A stretch of 64,000 nucleotides of DNA from an uncultured delta proteobacterium (GTDB lineage: Bacteria; Myxococcota_A; Polyangia; Polyangiales; Houyiibacteriaceae). The translations under genes and the position numbers were made by a program. The stretch covers positions 264,158 to 328,157 of the forward strand of contig CAWJII010000004.1 of the NCBI GenBank assembly GCA_963842915.1. The letters run 5' to 3'. Position 1 is the first letter of the stretch. Each line of letters starts with the position of its first letter. Shown here in pieces: positions 9,749-24,071 of the stretch. The notes beneath the pieces were generated by a model, which was not told the origin of the DNA, made no database searches, and saw only the letters and a program-made list of their open reading frames with translations.

Positions 9749-9784
9749 AGCCGCGGCGGCATTTGTCGCCGCGGCTTGTTTTTT
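9749..9784 (+). terminator. Intrinsic terminator/attenuator-like hairpin between precursor and maturase genes
   Basis: AGCCGCGGCG-gcatttgt-CGCCGCGGCT perfect 10-bp GC-rich stem followed by TGTTTTTT. Confidence 0.6.
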
Positions 9785-9796
9785 ATCGGGACAAGG

Positions 9797-10663
9797 ATGA
9801 GTCGGAACCTCGGCGGAGAGAACAAGAGAGCAGTCACGGGAATCGGCCTCGGCTTGCGCTACGACCTCGCAACCGAGCTGCTCGATCGTCAGCCGACGAC
9901 GGTTTCATGGCTGGAGATCCACCCGGAGAACTACGTGAATCGAGGCGGCCGCTACCAGGAGATCCTCGACCTGGCGCGACGAGATTGGCCCATCGTCACC
10001 CACGGGCTCAGCACTTGCCTGGGCGCCCCCGAGCCATTCGACGCGAGTTACCTGCGCGAGCTCCGGGGGTTCCTCTCTGACCTCGAGATCCCTTGGCACA
10101 GTGAGCATCTCTGTCTCGGCGGAGTCGATGATCGTTTCTTCCACGACCTGCTTCCCCTTCCCTTCACCGAGGAGGCGGCGCAAATCGCATCCCAGCGGCT
10201 GATCGAAGTCAGAGACGCGATTGAACTGCCCTTGGCTTTGGAGAATGCGAGTTACTACGCGCCACAGTGCGAGGATGGCTTGGCGGAGGCCGACTTCGTG
10301 GTCGATGTCTTGGAGCGCGCTGACGCAAAGCTGCTTCTCGACGTCAACAACATCTACGTGAACAGTCGCAACTTCGATTTCGATCCCAAAGCGTATATCG
10401 ACAAGATTCCGGCGGACCGAGTGGTGCAGATCCACGTCGCAGGTCATTTCGTTCGCGAGGACGGGCTGCGCATCGACACCCACGGCGAACCCGTTCGGGA
10501 CGAGGTCTATCAACTGCTCGACTACACGCTCAGAAAGGTCGGTCCCGTTCCCGTCTTGCTCGAGCGGGACAACAACGTGCCGCCCCTCGACGAGCTTCTC
10601 GCTGAAGTCGACGAGCTTTGGGCAATCTATCGCCGCGCCACGGAGGGCGAAGATGCTGGCTGA
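9797..10663 (+). CDS. DUF692 / MNIO (multinuclear non-heme iron oxidative) family enzyme
   Basis: GIGLGLRYDL, WLEIHPENY, THGLS, WHSEHLC, DLLPLPFTEE, ALENASYY, LLLDVNNIYVN, IHVAGH: the typical DUF692 TIM-barrel signature. ATG 9797 is preferred over TTG 9776, which lies inside the hairpin. Confidence 0.88.
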   Translation: MSRNLGGENKRAVTGIGLGLRYDLATELLDRQPTTVSWLEIHPENYVNRGGRYQEILDLARRDWPIVTHGLSTCLGAPEPFDASYLRELRGFLSDLEIPWHSEHLCLGGVDDRFFHDLLPLPFTEEAAQIASQRLIEVRDAIELPLALENASYYAPQCEDGLAEADFVVDVLERADAKLLLDVNNIYVNSRNFDFDPKAYIDKIPADRVVQIHVAGHFVREDGLRIDTHGEPVRDEVYQLLDYTLRKVGPVPVLLERDNNVPPLDELLAEVDELWAIYRRATEGEDAG

Positions 10664-11384
10664 CCAGGCCAAAGCCATGCAACGGGTTTGCTTCGGCGCC
10701 GAACCATCAGAGGCAGACCTCGAGCTATTGGGATCGCGGGAACGCTGGCTAGTCTATCGAGAGCTCGTCCAGAACAGGCTCGTTCAAGTGATCGAAGTCG
10801 CCCTAGCGCGCACCCGAACAGCGATTGGAGATGAGGCCTTTGGGCGTACTGTCTCCGACTGGCTCGGCACGGGCGGCCCCAGGACCCGATACCTGCGCTA
10901 CGTGCCGAGCGAGCTAGCGGATTTCGCGATTCCCATCTGGCGCGGCACCGAAGCGCCCTGGGTTGCCGAGCTAGCGTGCTTCGAGATCGGCAGCTGGAGC
11001 GTCCGGCACGCACCCCAGGACCCCAAGCCCGAAGCTGAGTTCGCCTTCGACCGACGGCCGGTGCTCAGCGAGGCAGTCGACCTCGTCCGCTTCGAATACC
11101 CAGTCCAGAAGAGACCTAGGCCAGCTGCCGGCTATGAACCCGAACCGACCTTGCTCTGCATCTATCGCGGCGCCGACCATCGGGCGCACACGCGGGCGCT
11201 AAACCCTCTGGCTGCCGACCTGCTCGATGCTTGGAAACGCGCTGACGAAACCGTTGCAGACTCCGTTCAACGCATAGCCAAAGCCCACGGCACCGAGATA
11301 GGCCCGGCTTTCGTGGAGAAACTCTCCGCCCTCATCGCCGACTTCGTTGAACGCGGCGTCATCCTCGGCGGAAGCGACGCCTAG
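10653..11384 (+). CDS. DUF2063-type partner protein of MNIO enzymes (HvfC/BufC/MbnC-like role)
   Basis: Overlaps the DUF692 gene by 11 nt. N-terminal WLVYRELVQNRL...ALARTRTAIGDEAF pattern is typical of DUF2063. Confidence 0.72.
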   Translation: MLADQAKAMQRVCFGAEPSEADLELLGSRERWLVYRELVQNRLVQVIEVALARTRTAIGDEAFGRTVSDWLGTGGPRTRYLRYVPSELADFAIPIWRGTEAPWVAELACFEIGSWSVRHAPQDPKPEAEFAFDRRPVLSEAVDLVRFEYPVQKRPRPAAGYEPEPTLLCIYRGADHRAHTRALNPLAADLLDAWKRADETVADSVQRIAKAHGTEIGPAFVEKLSALIADFVERGVILGGSDA

Positions 11385-12529
11385 TAGCCTTCGACCTTGC
11401 TGATGATTTCGTTCATGATTTCGCGGGTGCCGCCACCGATGGGGTAGAGGCGCGCATCGCGGTAGAGTCGTTCGACGACGTACTCACGCATGTAGCCATA
11501 GCCGCCATGGATTTGGACCGCCTGGTCACAGACGCTCGAGCACATGTCGGTCGCCGTGTTCTTTGCCATCGCGGCCAGAGAAGGCGTTTGTTCTCCGTTG
11601 AGAAAGCGCGTGACGCACTCGCCGGTGAGGGCGCGGGCGGCGGCGATCTGGGTCGCCATGTCGGCGAGCTTGTGGCGAACGACCTGGAAGCCAGAGAGCG
11701 ACTTGCCGAACGCATACCGCTGCTTGGCATAGTCGACCGACTCTCGGTAGGCGAGCTCGGCAATGGCGACGCACTGGCCCGCGAGCATCAGGCGCTCGGT
11801 GACGAAGTTGGTCATGATCATCAGGAAGCCGGCACCTTCTTGACCAATGAGGTTCTCTAGGGGCACACGGCAGTCCTCGAATGCGAGCTCGGCCGTGTCG
11901 CTGGCCCACCAACCGGTCTTCTTGAGCTTGCCCGCTACACTGAAACCGGGGCTGTCGCTGTCGATGATGAGCATCGAGATGCCACCGTGGCCCTCGCCTC
12001 CCGTGCGAACGGCGGTGGTTACGAAATCCGCTCGCGTTCCCGACGTGATGAATGTCTTTGCGCCGTTGACGATGTAGTGGTCACCGTCGCGGACCGCCTT
12101 GGTCGCAATGGCTGCCACGTCGCTGCCCCCACCAGGCTCCGTGATCCCCAGGGCTGAAACCTTGTCGCCTCGGAGCGTCGGTCGCACGTAGCGCTCTTTG
12201 TGCGCATCGGTGCCAAACTTGACGATTGGTGGCAGCGCGATCCCATGGCTCCCAAGGCCCACGCAGGTCCCGACCGACTTCCCGGCGAGCACCATTTCCT
12301 CGGCGGCCACCAGTACGTGACTGAGATCTCCCCCGTCACCGCCCAGCTCCTCGGAATATCCGGTCCCGAGAAAGCCGGCCTCGGCCGACTGCTGATACAG
12401 CTCACGGGGGAACTCGTTTGCTTCTTCCCAAGCAAGCGCATGCGGCGCAATCGCATTGGCTGCGAAGCGCCGCACCTGCTCACGCAGCGCGCGATGCTCG
12501 TCTCTTTCGAACAGATAGCTCCTCACCAA
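11381..12529 (-). CDS. Acyl-CoA dehydrogenase
   Basis: ALGITEPGGGSDVA, YIVNGAKTFITSG, QIHGGYGYMREYVVERLYRDARLYPIGGGTREIM. Start is TTG 12529 or GTG 12526. Confidence 0.9.
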   Translation of the reverse strand: MVRSYLFERDEHRALREQVRRFAANAIAPHALAWEEANEFPRELYQQSAEAGFLGTGYSEELGGDGGDLSHVLVAAEEMVLAGKSVGTCVGLGSHGIALPPIVKFGTDAHKERYVRPTLRGDKVSALGITEPGGGSDVAAIATKAVRDGDHYIVNGAKTFITSGTRADFVTTAVRTGGEGHGGISMLIIDSDSPGFSVAGKLKKTGWWASDTAELAFEDCRVPLENLIGQEGAGFLMIMTNFVTERLMLAGQCVAIAELAYRESVDYAKQRYAFGKSLSGFQVVRHKLADMATQIAAARALTGECVTRFLNGEQTPSLAAMAKNTATDMCSSVCDQAVQIHGGYGYMREYVVERLYRDARLYPIGGGTREIMNEIISKVEGY

Positions 12530-12541
12530 AGTGGCGAGATA

Positions 12542-16732
<4,191 letters not shown>

Positions 16733-16735
16733 GAC

Positions 16736-19700
16736 TTACTCTTCCTCCGCGGCAAGGGCGTCATCCGACCTGCGCCCCATTTGACTGGTCTCGACCAACT
16801 CGACGTTCAGGCAGAGTGCCTGAAGCTCCTTCATGAGGACGTTGAAACTCTCCGGCAGTCCGGCTTCGAGCTGGTAGTCCCCCTTCACAATCGATTCGTA
16901 CATGCGGGTGCGGCCCTGCACATCGTCGGACTTGACGGTCAGGAACTCTTGCAACGCGTACGCCGCGCCGTAGGCTTCCATCGCCCAGACCTCCATCTCG
17001 CCGAGCCTCTGCCCGCCGAACTGCGCCTTACCACCCAGCGGCTGCTGCGTGACGAGCGAGTACGGGCCGATGCTTCGTGCGTGGATCTTGTCATCGACCA
17101 AGTGGTGCAGCTTGAGCATGTACATGATGCCCACGGTGACGTCCTCGTGGAATGCGTCGCCGGTGCGTCCGTCGAAGAGCACCGTCTGACCATTGTCCTG
17201 CACGCCAGCGAGCCTGAGGAGGTCCTTGATCTCTTCCTCGCTCGCGCCGTCGAAGACTGGGGTTGCAAGCTGAAGGCCGTGCTTCCAACTCTTGGCCATA
17301 TCGGCGACTTCGCCGTCAGGTAAGGCGTCCAGCACCTTTACGATGTTGCCGCCCTTGAAAATTGCCCGAATCCGCTCACGCAGCTCCGCAGCGCTGGCCT
17401 TGGTTTCGACCATCTCCTGCAGTTGCGTGCCGAGCAGGTAGCCTGCCCAGCCGAGGTGCGTTTCGAGGATCTGGCCGACGTTCATGCGGCTCGGAACACC
17501 TAGTGGGTTCAGAACGATGTCGACCGGCTTACCATTGGGGAGGTATGGCATGTCTTCTTCCGGAAGAATCCGGCTGACGACACCCTTGTTACCGTGACGA
17601 CCGGCCATCTTGTCGCCGACCTGGAGCTTACGCTTGATGGCGACGTAGACCTTCACCATCTTGATGACGCCCGGAGGAAGCTCATCGCCCTTGCCGAGCT
17701 TGTTGATCTTCTCCTGGAAGAGCATCTTGACGGCGTCGACCTGATCGTCGACCTGCTCGAGAATCGCGTCGGTCTTGTCTTTGTTCTTGTCGACCTCGAT
17801 GTGCGCCCAGTACTTGTGCGGGATCCCGTCGAGATCCTCATTCGTAATCTTTGCGCCCTTGGCGAGCAGCTCTGTGCCCTTGTCTCCGACCAGCTTCGCT
17901 GTCGCGGTGCTCCCAACGAAGTACTTGCGAACGCGGTCATGCGCGGAGTCGACGACGATCTTGATCTCGTCCGCCATGTCCTTTTCGAGCTTGGCCCGCT
18001 CGGTCTCCTCGATTTGAAGCGAGCGCTCGTCCTTCTCGGTGCCTTTGCGTGCAAACACGCGGGCGTCGATCACGATGCCCGTCACACCGGGCGGAACCTT
18101 GAGCGAGGTGTCGCGAACGTCGCCGGCCTTCTCACCAAAGATGGCGCGAAGAAGCTTCTCCTCGGGAGAGAGCTGGGTCTCGCCCTTCGGAGTGATCTTG
18201 CCGACGAGAATGTCGCTCGAGCTGACCTCGGCGCCGATGCGAACGATGCCGGACTCGTCCAGGTCCTTGAGAGCCTCTTCGCCCACGTTCGGTATGTCGC
18301 GGGTGATCTCTTCTTTGCCGAGCTTGGTGTCCCGAGCGACGCACTCGAACTCCTCGATGTGAACCGAGGTGTAGACGTCGTCCTTGGCAATCCGCTCGGA
18401 GAGCAGAATCGAGTCCTCGAAGTTGTACCCACCCCAGGGCATGAACGCGACGATCACGTTCTGACCTAGCGCGAGCTCACCGCGATCGGTGCTGGGACCG
18501 TCGGCAATGACGTCGCCGGCCTTGACACGGTCGCCGGGACGCACGATCGGCGTCTGGTTGTACGCGGTGTTCTGGTTGGATCGCTGAAACTTGTTGAGTC
18601 GGTAGATGTCCGGAAATGCGCCCGCAAGCCCCTCGGCCTTTACGACGATTCGCGTCGCATCGACGGACTCGACCACGCCGTCCTGCTGCGCAACGACGCA
18701 CACCCCGGAGTCGCGTGCGACCCGAGCCTCGATGCCTGTGCCGGCGATCGGAGCGTGAGTGCGGACGCATGGAACGGCCTGACGCTGCATGTTCGAACCC
18801 ATCAAGGCGCGGTTCGCGTCGTCATGCTCGAGGAACGGAATCAAAGAAGCAGCGACGGAGACCAGCTGATTCGGTGACACATCCATCAGCTGAACGGTCT
18901 TTGGCGGAACCATCACGAATTCGCCGTTGAAGCGGGCGCTAATCAGTGTTCCCTCGAGCTTGCGGCTCAGGTGCTCGATCTTCGCGTTCGCCTGAGCGAT
19001 GTAGTGGCCCTCCTCTTCGAGAGCTGAGTACCAACGCACGTGGTCGTCGAGCACGATGCCATCCTCGACCTTTCGGTACGGAGTCTCGACGAAACCGTAT
19101 TCGTTGACGCGAGCGTAAGTCGAAAGTGACGCGATCAGACCGATGTTCGGACCTTCCGGCGTCTCAATCGGGCAGATGCGGCCGTAGTGAGTCGTGTGAA
19201 CGTCGCGGACCTCGAAGCCAGCGCGCTCACGCGTCAAACCACCGGGCCCAAGCGCGGACAGGCGCCGCTTGTGCGTCACCTCGCTGAGCGGGTTGGTCTG
19301 GTCCATGAACTGCGAGAGCTGGCTCGAACCGAAGTATTCCTTCACGACCGCGCTCACGGGCTTTGCGTTGATCAGGTCGTGCGGCATGAGAGTCTCAATT
19401 TCTTGAGACATGTTCATGCGTTCCTTGATGGCGCGCTCCATTCGCACGAGGCCGATGCGGTACTGATTCTCCATCAGCTCGCCCACTGCGCGAACGCGAC
19501 GATTGCCCAAGTGGTCGATGTCGTCGACCGAGCCGCGGCCATTCTTGAGCTCGATGAGATTCTTCACCGTGTCGAGAATATCGGTGTTGGTCAGGACCGT
19601 ATGACCCAGGTCAGGTCGCTCTTCCTCTTCGACATCTTTGTAGAACTTGTAGTTCAATTTCAGGCGACCGACCTGGCTCAGGTCATAGCGCTCTGGATTG

Positions 19701-20890
19701 AAGAACAGGTTGGTGAAGAGGTTCCGCGCAGTGTCGAGCGTGGGCGGGTCGCCGGGGCGCAAGCGACGGTAGATTTCGAGGATGCCCTCGTCCTGTGATT
19801 GCACCTTGTCGACGAGCAGCGTGTCGCGGAGGTACGAACCGACGTTGAGCCCGTCTATGAATAGCACCTTGAACTCGTTGACTCCGGCCTCGTTGAGCGC
19901 GTCGATGCGAGCCTGGGTTACCTCTTCGTTGACCGCGAGAAGAATCTCGCCGGTGTCCTCGTCGATGACGTCCTCGGCGGCAACCTTTCCAATCACCTCG
20001 GTGAAGTCGATCGGCAAGTAGTCGAGCCCTGCAGACTTGAGCTTGCGAATCGCGGCGCGAGTGAACTTGCGGTTTTTGCGCACGAGCACGTCATCGCCAA
20101 CCGTGATGTCGTGCGTGGCGCGCTGGCCAGGAAGAAGCTCGTACTCGATGGACTTGGCGTACTGATCCTTCGAGAGGATGTAGATCGTCTCGGTGTCGTA
20201 GTAGTAGTTGAGGAGCTCCTGGGTGTTGTACCCGAGAGCCTTGAGCAGCACCGTGGCCGGCATCTTGCGGCGGCGGTCGATGCGAACGTAGAGCAAGTCC
20301 TTCGGATCGAACTCGAAATCGAGCCATGATCCCCGGTAAGGAATGATGCGGGCCTGGTAGAGCAGCTTGCCGGAGGAGTGTGTCTTGCCACGGTCGTGGT
20401 CGAAGAAGACACCCGGGCTTCGGTGAAGCTGGCTGACGACGACGCGCTCCGTCCCGTTGATGATGAACGTGCCATTGACCGTCATCAGCGGGATTTCACC
20501 AAAGTAGACTTCCTGCTCCTTGATATCGCGGACGGCTCGCTCGGTGCTGTCACCGCCGGCGTCGTAGATGATGAGCTGGATCGTCACTTTGATCGGCGCG
20601 GCGTAGGTCATCCCACGCTGCCGACACTCGTCGACGTCGTACTTCGGCCTCTCGAGTGTGTACCCCCCGAAAACCAACTCGCTCGTTCCATTGAAGTCGC
20701 GAATCGGGAACACACTGTTGAAGACCCCTTGAAGACCGGTGTTTTCCCGTTCGTCTCTGGGTACGTCTGTTTGAAGAAACTTGTCGTACGAACGCTTTTG
20801 AATGTCGATCAGGTTCGGGATCTCGAGGATGTGCTCGATCTTCCCGAAGGAGTGTCGCATTCGAAAGTTCGTCTGAATCGTCGCCGCCAT
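16736..20890 (-). CDS. rpoB: DNA-directed RNA polymerase subunit beta
   Basis: Canonical RpoB sequence throughout. Start set at the internal ATG (MAATIQTNF...), which is preceded by GGAG. Confidence 0.98.
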   Translation of the reverse strand: MAATIQTNFRMRHSFGKIEHILEIPNLIDIQKRSYDKFLQTDVPRDERENTGLQGVFNSVFPIRDFNGTSELVFGGYTLERPKYDVDECRQRGMTYAAPIKVTIQLIIYDAGGDSTERAVRDIKEQEVYFGEIPLMTVNGTFIINGTERVVVSQLHRSPGVFFDHDRGKTHSSGKLLYQARIIPYRGSWLDFEFDPKDLLYVRIDRRRKMPATVLLKALGYNTQELLNYYYDTETIYILSKDQYAKSIEYELLPGQRATHDITVGDDVLVRKNRKFTRAAIRKLKSAGLDYLPIDFTEVIGKVAAEDVIDEDTGEILLAVNEEVTQARIDALNEAGVNEFKVLFIDGLNVGSYLRDTLLVDKVQSQDEGILEIYRRLRPGDPPTLDTARNLFTNLFFNPERYDLSQVGRLKLNYKFYKDVEEEERPDLGHTVLTNTDILDTVKNLIELKNGRGSVDDIDHLGNRRVRAVGELMENQYRIGLVRMERAIKERMNMSQEIETLMPHDLINAKPVSAVVKEYFGSSQLSQFMDQTNPLSEVTHKRRLSALGPGGLTRERAGFEVRDVHTTHYGRICPIETPEGPNIGLIASLSTYARVNEYGFVETPYRKVEDGIVLDDHVRWYSALEEEGHYIAQANAKIEHLSRKLEGTLISARFNGEFVMVPPKTVQLMDVSPNQLVSVAASLIPFLEHDDANRALMGSNMQRQAVPCVRTHAPIAGTGIEARVARDSGVCVVAQQDGVVESVDATRIVVKAEGLAGAFPDIYRLNKFQRSNQNTAYNQTPIVRPGDRVKAGDVIADGPSTDRGELALGQNVIVAFMPWGGYNFEDSILLSERIAKDDVYTSVHIEEFECVARDTKLGKEEITRDIPNVGEEALKDLDESGIVRIGAEVSSSDILVGKITPKGETQLSPEEKLLRAIFGEKAGDVRDTSLKVPPGVTGIVIDARVFARKGTEKDERSLQIEETERAKLEKDMADEIKIVVDSAHDRVRKYFVGSTATAKLVGDKGTELLAKGAKITNEDLDGIPHKYWAHIEVDKNKDKTDAILEQVDDQVDAVKMLFQEKINKLGKGDELPPGVIKMVKVYVAIKRKLQVGDKMAGRHGNKGVVSRILPEEDMPYLPNGKPVDIVLNPLGVPSRMNVGQILETHLGWAGYLLGTQLQEMVETKASAAELRERIRAIFKGGNIVKVLDALPDGEVADMAKSWKHGLQLATPVFDGASEEEIKDLLRLAGVQDNGQTVLFDGRTGDAFHEDVTVGIMYMLKLHHLVDDKIHARSIGPYSLVTQQPLGGKAQFGGQRLGEMEVWAMEAYGAAYALQEFLTVKSDDVQGRTRMYESIVKGDYQLEAGLPESFNVLMKELQALCLNVELVETSQMGRRSDDALAAEEE

Positions 20891-21083
20891 TAGAGAGACT
20901 CCTACCGAACCACTGCTACCGGAACCTAAAGCCAAGAATTAAGAGACACGTACGCGACAAGGAGACCTTTCGGCCTCCCGCCGCATCGCGGAAAGTCGTG
21001 AATGATGTGCTGCGCGAACCGGTGCTGCCCCGGCCGAGACGTTAACCCGGTCGGGCCCATGTGCCAAGTCGCGGCACAGGGCT

Positions 21084-21110
21084 CCAAAAAATAACCCCAT
21101 AGGGTTATTT
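21084..21110 (-). terminator. Hairpin plus U-run just after the rplL stop (rplL-rpoB attenuator-like)
   Basis: Minus strand: AATAACCC-TATG-GGGTTATT followed by TTTTGG. The stem includes the rplL TAA stop. Confidence 0.55.
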
Positions 21111-21485
21111 GACGGTAACCTTCGCGCCAGCTTCTTCGAGCTTCTTTTTGATTTCTTCGGCTTCTTCCTTGGAGACGCCCTCTTTGATCACTTTGGGAGC
21201 TGCCTCCACCAGTGCCTTGGCGTCCGCCAAGCCGAGCTGGGTGATCTCGCGGATCGCCTTGATCGCGTTGATCTTCTTGGCGCCAGCCTCGGTCAGCTCG
21301 ACGTCGAACTCGGTCTGCTCTTCGGCTGCCTCCGCTGGGCCGCCTGCGGGACCGGCCACGGCCACCGCTGCCGGTGCTGCCGAAACGCCCCACTTCTCTT
21401 CGAGCTCTTTGACCAGGTTCGCAACTTCCATGACGGTCCAGGAGCTGAGCTCTTCGACCATCTGTTCCGTATTCATATTTGCCAT
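21105..21485 (-). CDS. rplL: 50S ribosomal protein L7/L12
   Basis: [13 protein letters not shown]...[21 protein letters not shown]...[14 protein letters not shown]. Confidence 0.97.
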   Translation of the reverse strand: MANMNTEQMVEELSSWTVMEVANLVKELEEKWGVSAAPAAVAVAGPAGGPAEAAEEQTEFDVELTEAGAKKINAIKAIREITQLGLADAKALVEAAPKVIKEGVSKEEAEEIKKKLEEAGAKVTVK

Positions 21486-21536
21486 TGTTGACTCTCCGCT
21501 AACCGTGCGTGCGACACGGCTAAAGTTGTTGTTGAA

Positions 21537-22106
21537 TTACTCGCCCGCCTGTTTGCGCCGGTACGCATCGAGAACGAGGGCGAGGTTTTGGGCCGGTGCA
21601 TTGATTTGGCCGACCAGATTCTGCATGGGCGCCATGAGCTGCGCGAGCAGCGAAGCGCGAACCTCATCCTTGCCCGGAAGCGAGGCGAGTTCTTTTTCGA
21701 CGCGCTTTGCGTCCAAGATTTGGCCCTCGAGAACACCGCACTTGACGATGAGCTTCTCGTTGCCGTCCTTCGGCTGGAGGACGTCGGTGTGCTCCTTGCG
21801 GAAGTTCTTGATGACCTTGGCAGCGGCCGAAGGATCTTCGAAGCTCCAGGCGATCGCCGTCGGGCCAACGAGGTGGGCCGTGAACTCCTCGTTGTCGGCG
21901 AGCTCAGAACCCTCGATCGCCTTTCGGACGACGTTGTTCTTGATGACCTTGTACTCGACTCCGGCTTCGCGGAAACGGGAGCGGAGGTCCGTGATCAGCT
22001 CGACGTTCACGCCGCGGAAATCGACCAGCACGGTTGCGGTTGCGTTCGCGAAGCTCTCGCGGACGGAGACGGCCTGCGCCGCTTTGTCTTCTCGTGTAAG
22101 GCTCAT
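21537..22106 (-). CDS. rplJ: 50S ribosomal protein L10
   Basis: Position between rplA and rplL; L10-like sequence (VLVDFRGVNVELITDLRSRFREAGVEYKVIKNN). Confidence 0.95.
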   Translation of the reverse strand: MSLTREDKAAQAVSVRESFANATATVLVDFRGVNVELITDLRSRFREAGVEYKVIKNNVVRKAIEGSELADNEEFTAHLVGPTAIAWSFEDPSAAAKVIKNFRKEHTDVLQPKDGNEKLIVKCGVLEGQILDAKRVEKELASLPGKDEVRASLLAQLMAPMQNLVGQINAPAQNLALVLDAYRRKQAGE

Positions 22107-22108
22107 GA

Positions 22109-22807
22109 TTACGCCTCCACCTCTATAGTGCCGGGGTCAATCTTGATCCCGGGGCCCATCGTGGAGCTCAGAGTAATGGTGCGAAGGTAGGTGCCCTTCG
22201 CGGCGGCCGGCTTGGCCTTCACGAGCGCATCGACCAAGGACTTCACGTTGCCAGCGAGCTCGGAGTCGCCGAAGGACTTCTTGCCAATCTGTGCATGAAC
22301 GATGCCCGCCTTTTCGACGCGAAACTCGACCTTACCGGCCTTGGCCTCGCGAACGGCCTTGCTCACATCGAAGGTCACAGTGCCGACCTTGGGATTCGGC
22401 ATCAGGCCGCGAGGACCGAGGACGCGACCAAGACGGCCAACCTGCCCCATCATGTCCGGCGTGGCGATGACCGTGTCGAACTCGAGCCAGCCTTCATTGA
22501 TTTTGGCGACGAAATCGTCACCACCAACGAAATCGGCGCCCGCTTCTTCCGCCTCAGTCACCTTCTCGCCCTTGGCGAACACCAGGACGCGGTTGGTCTT
22601 GCCAGTGCCGTGCGGCAAGACGACGGCTCCACGAACCATCTGGTCCGCGTGCTTCGGATCAACCCCGAGGCGAACCGCGAGGTCGACCGACTCGTCGAAG
22701 TTGGCGAAGGCCAATTCCTTTACGAGCGAGACGGCTTCCCGCAACGCATAGCGGCGACTCTTGTCGGGCATCTGTAAGGCGCCCGCGCGCTTTTTTCCGG
22801 GTTTCAT
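22109..22807 (-). CDS. rplA: 50S ribosomal protein L1
   Basis: MKPGKKRAG... start chosen inside the ORF; [30 protein letters not shown]; [15 protein letters not shown]. Confidence 0.95.
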   Translation of the reverse strand: MKPGKKRAGALQMPDKSRRYALREAVSLVKELAFANFDESVDLAVRLGVDPKHADQMVRGAVVLPHGTGKTNRVLVFAKGEKVTEAEEAGADFVGGDDFVAKINEGWLEFDTVIATPDMMGQVGRLGRVLGPRGLMPNPKVGTVTFDVSKAVREAKAGKVEFRVEKAGIVHAQIGKKSFGDSELAGNVKSLVDALVKAKPAAAKGTYLRTITLSSTMGPGIKIDPGTIEVEA

Positions 22808-22895
22808 TCTGACTCCTTGCGACGACTCGAAGCCGCCTACCACCAACTGAGGTCCTGGGTGGTTCCAGGTGAGCGATATCAATCGTTCGGGAGAG

Positions 22896-23318
22896 TTAGT
22901 CGACTAACTCGACCCCCATGGAACGCGCGGTGCCGATGATGCTTTGCATGCATGTCTCGATCGAGCCCGCGTTGGTATCTTGAAGTTTGACCTGAGCGAT
23001 CTCCCTCACCTGGTCCAGGGTGATCTTGCCGACCTTGTCTTTGTTCGGTCGCGCCGAACCCGACTCGAGGTTCAAAGCCTTCTTAATCAAGACAGCCGCA
23101 GGGGGTGTCTTCATGATGAAGCTGAAGGAGCGATCCTGGTAGACCGAGATCACCACGGGGATGATCAGACCCGCGTCCTTCTGCGTCTTCGAGTTGAACT
23201 CCTTGCAGAACGCCATGATGTTGACGCCGTGCTGGCCGAGCGCGGGCCCGACCGGCGGAGAAGGGTTCGCCTTCCCTGCAGGGAGCTGAAGTTTGATCTG
23301 TCCGATGACCTTTTTCAT
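22896..23318 (-). CDS. rplK: 50S ribosomal protein L11
   Basis: [34 protein letters not shown]. Confidence 0.97.
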   Translation of the reverse strand: MKKVIGQIKLQLPAGKANPSPPVGPALGQHGVNIMAFCKEFNSKTQKDAGLIIPVVISVYQDRSFSFIMKTPPAAVLIKKALNLESGSARPNKDKVGKITLDQVREIAQVKLQDTNAGSIETCMQSIIGTARSMGVELVD

Positions 23319-23541
23319 GGATTCGGGGTTCTCCGGAGCGGCGAGTCATGCCTCAGGGCACAGAAAGTGCAAGCCGATTTCTGGGAAATGTGGATCAGGC
23401 GCGATAATCGCAATTTTGGGGGGCGTCCAGGTGGGTCAGCTGGCGAGCGCCCCCGCAGCGAGCGACTGCGGCGTACCGCGGTACGCCGCAGGGAGTGAGC
23501 CAGGAGGTAAGCCGCCAGACGGCCCGGCTGGGCGTCCTCCG

Positions 23542-24066
23542 TTAGTTGGTCTTTTCGACCTGGACGTAGTCCAGCTCGACCGGGGTGGCGCGGCCGAAGA
23601 TCGATACCAGGACGCGAACCTTGTGCTTCTCGTGGTTCACTTCTTCGATTGCGCCAGTGAAGTTGGCGAACGCGCCGCCAGTGACCCGGACGTGGTCGCC
23701 CTTCTCGAACTCGACGCGGGGCTTGGGCTTGGCCGCACCTTCTTCGACCTGCTGCTCAATCGCAGCGATCTCGCGTTCGGGCACGGGCGAGGGATGGCGA
23801 CCGCCGACGAAGCCATTGACCTTCGGCGTGTCCTTGATGAGGTGCCAGGTCTGATCATCGAGGTCCATCTGGACGAAGATGTAGCCTGGGTAGAAGGTGC
23901 GCGAACTCAGACGGGGCTTCCCGCCACGGCTCTCCTGCACGTTCTCCTTCGGAATGAGGATGTTCCCGAAGCGCCCCTCCATGCCGGCCTGTTTGATGCG
24001 CTCTTCCAGCGAGAGCTTCACTTTGCTTTCGTAACCCGAATAGGCCTGAACGACATACCACTTCAT
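23542..24066 (-). CDS. nusG: Transcription termination/antitermination factor NusG
   Basis: MKWYVVQAYSGYE start; KOW region GDHVRVTGGAFANFTGAIEEV. The upstream part of the track ORF was rejected because it is Arg-rich and overlaps secE. Confidence 0.95.
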   Translation of the reverse strand: MKWYVVQAYSGYESKVKLSLEERIKQAGMEGRFGNILIPKENVQESRGGKPRLSSRTFYPGYIFVQMDLDDQTWHLIKDTPKVNGFVGGRHPSPVPEREIAAIEQQVEEGAAKPKPRVEFEKGDHVRVTGGAFANFTGAIEEVNHEKHKVRVLVSIFGRATPVELDYVQVEKTN

Positions 24067-24071
24067 GTGAC

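Noticed and set aside
9307-9837. 176-aa minus-strand ORF, plus 9431-9739 (-) and 9504-9800 (+) ORFs overlapping the small peptide gene
   Set aside because: These are low-complexity Ala/Pro/Ser translations of the repetitive Cys-motif DNA. The plus-frame peptide has a signal sequence, an RBS and the expected context upstream of DUF692.
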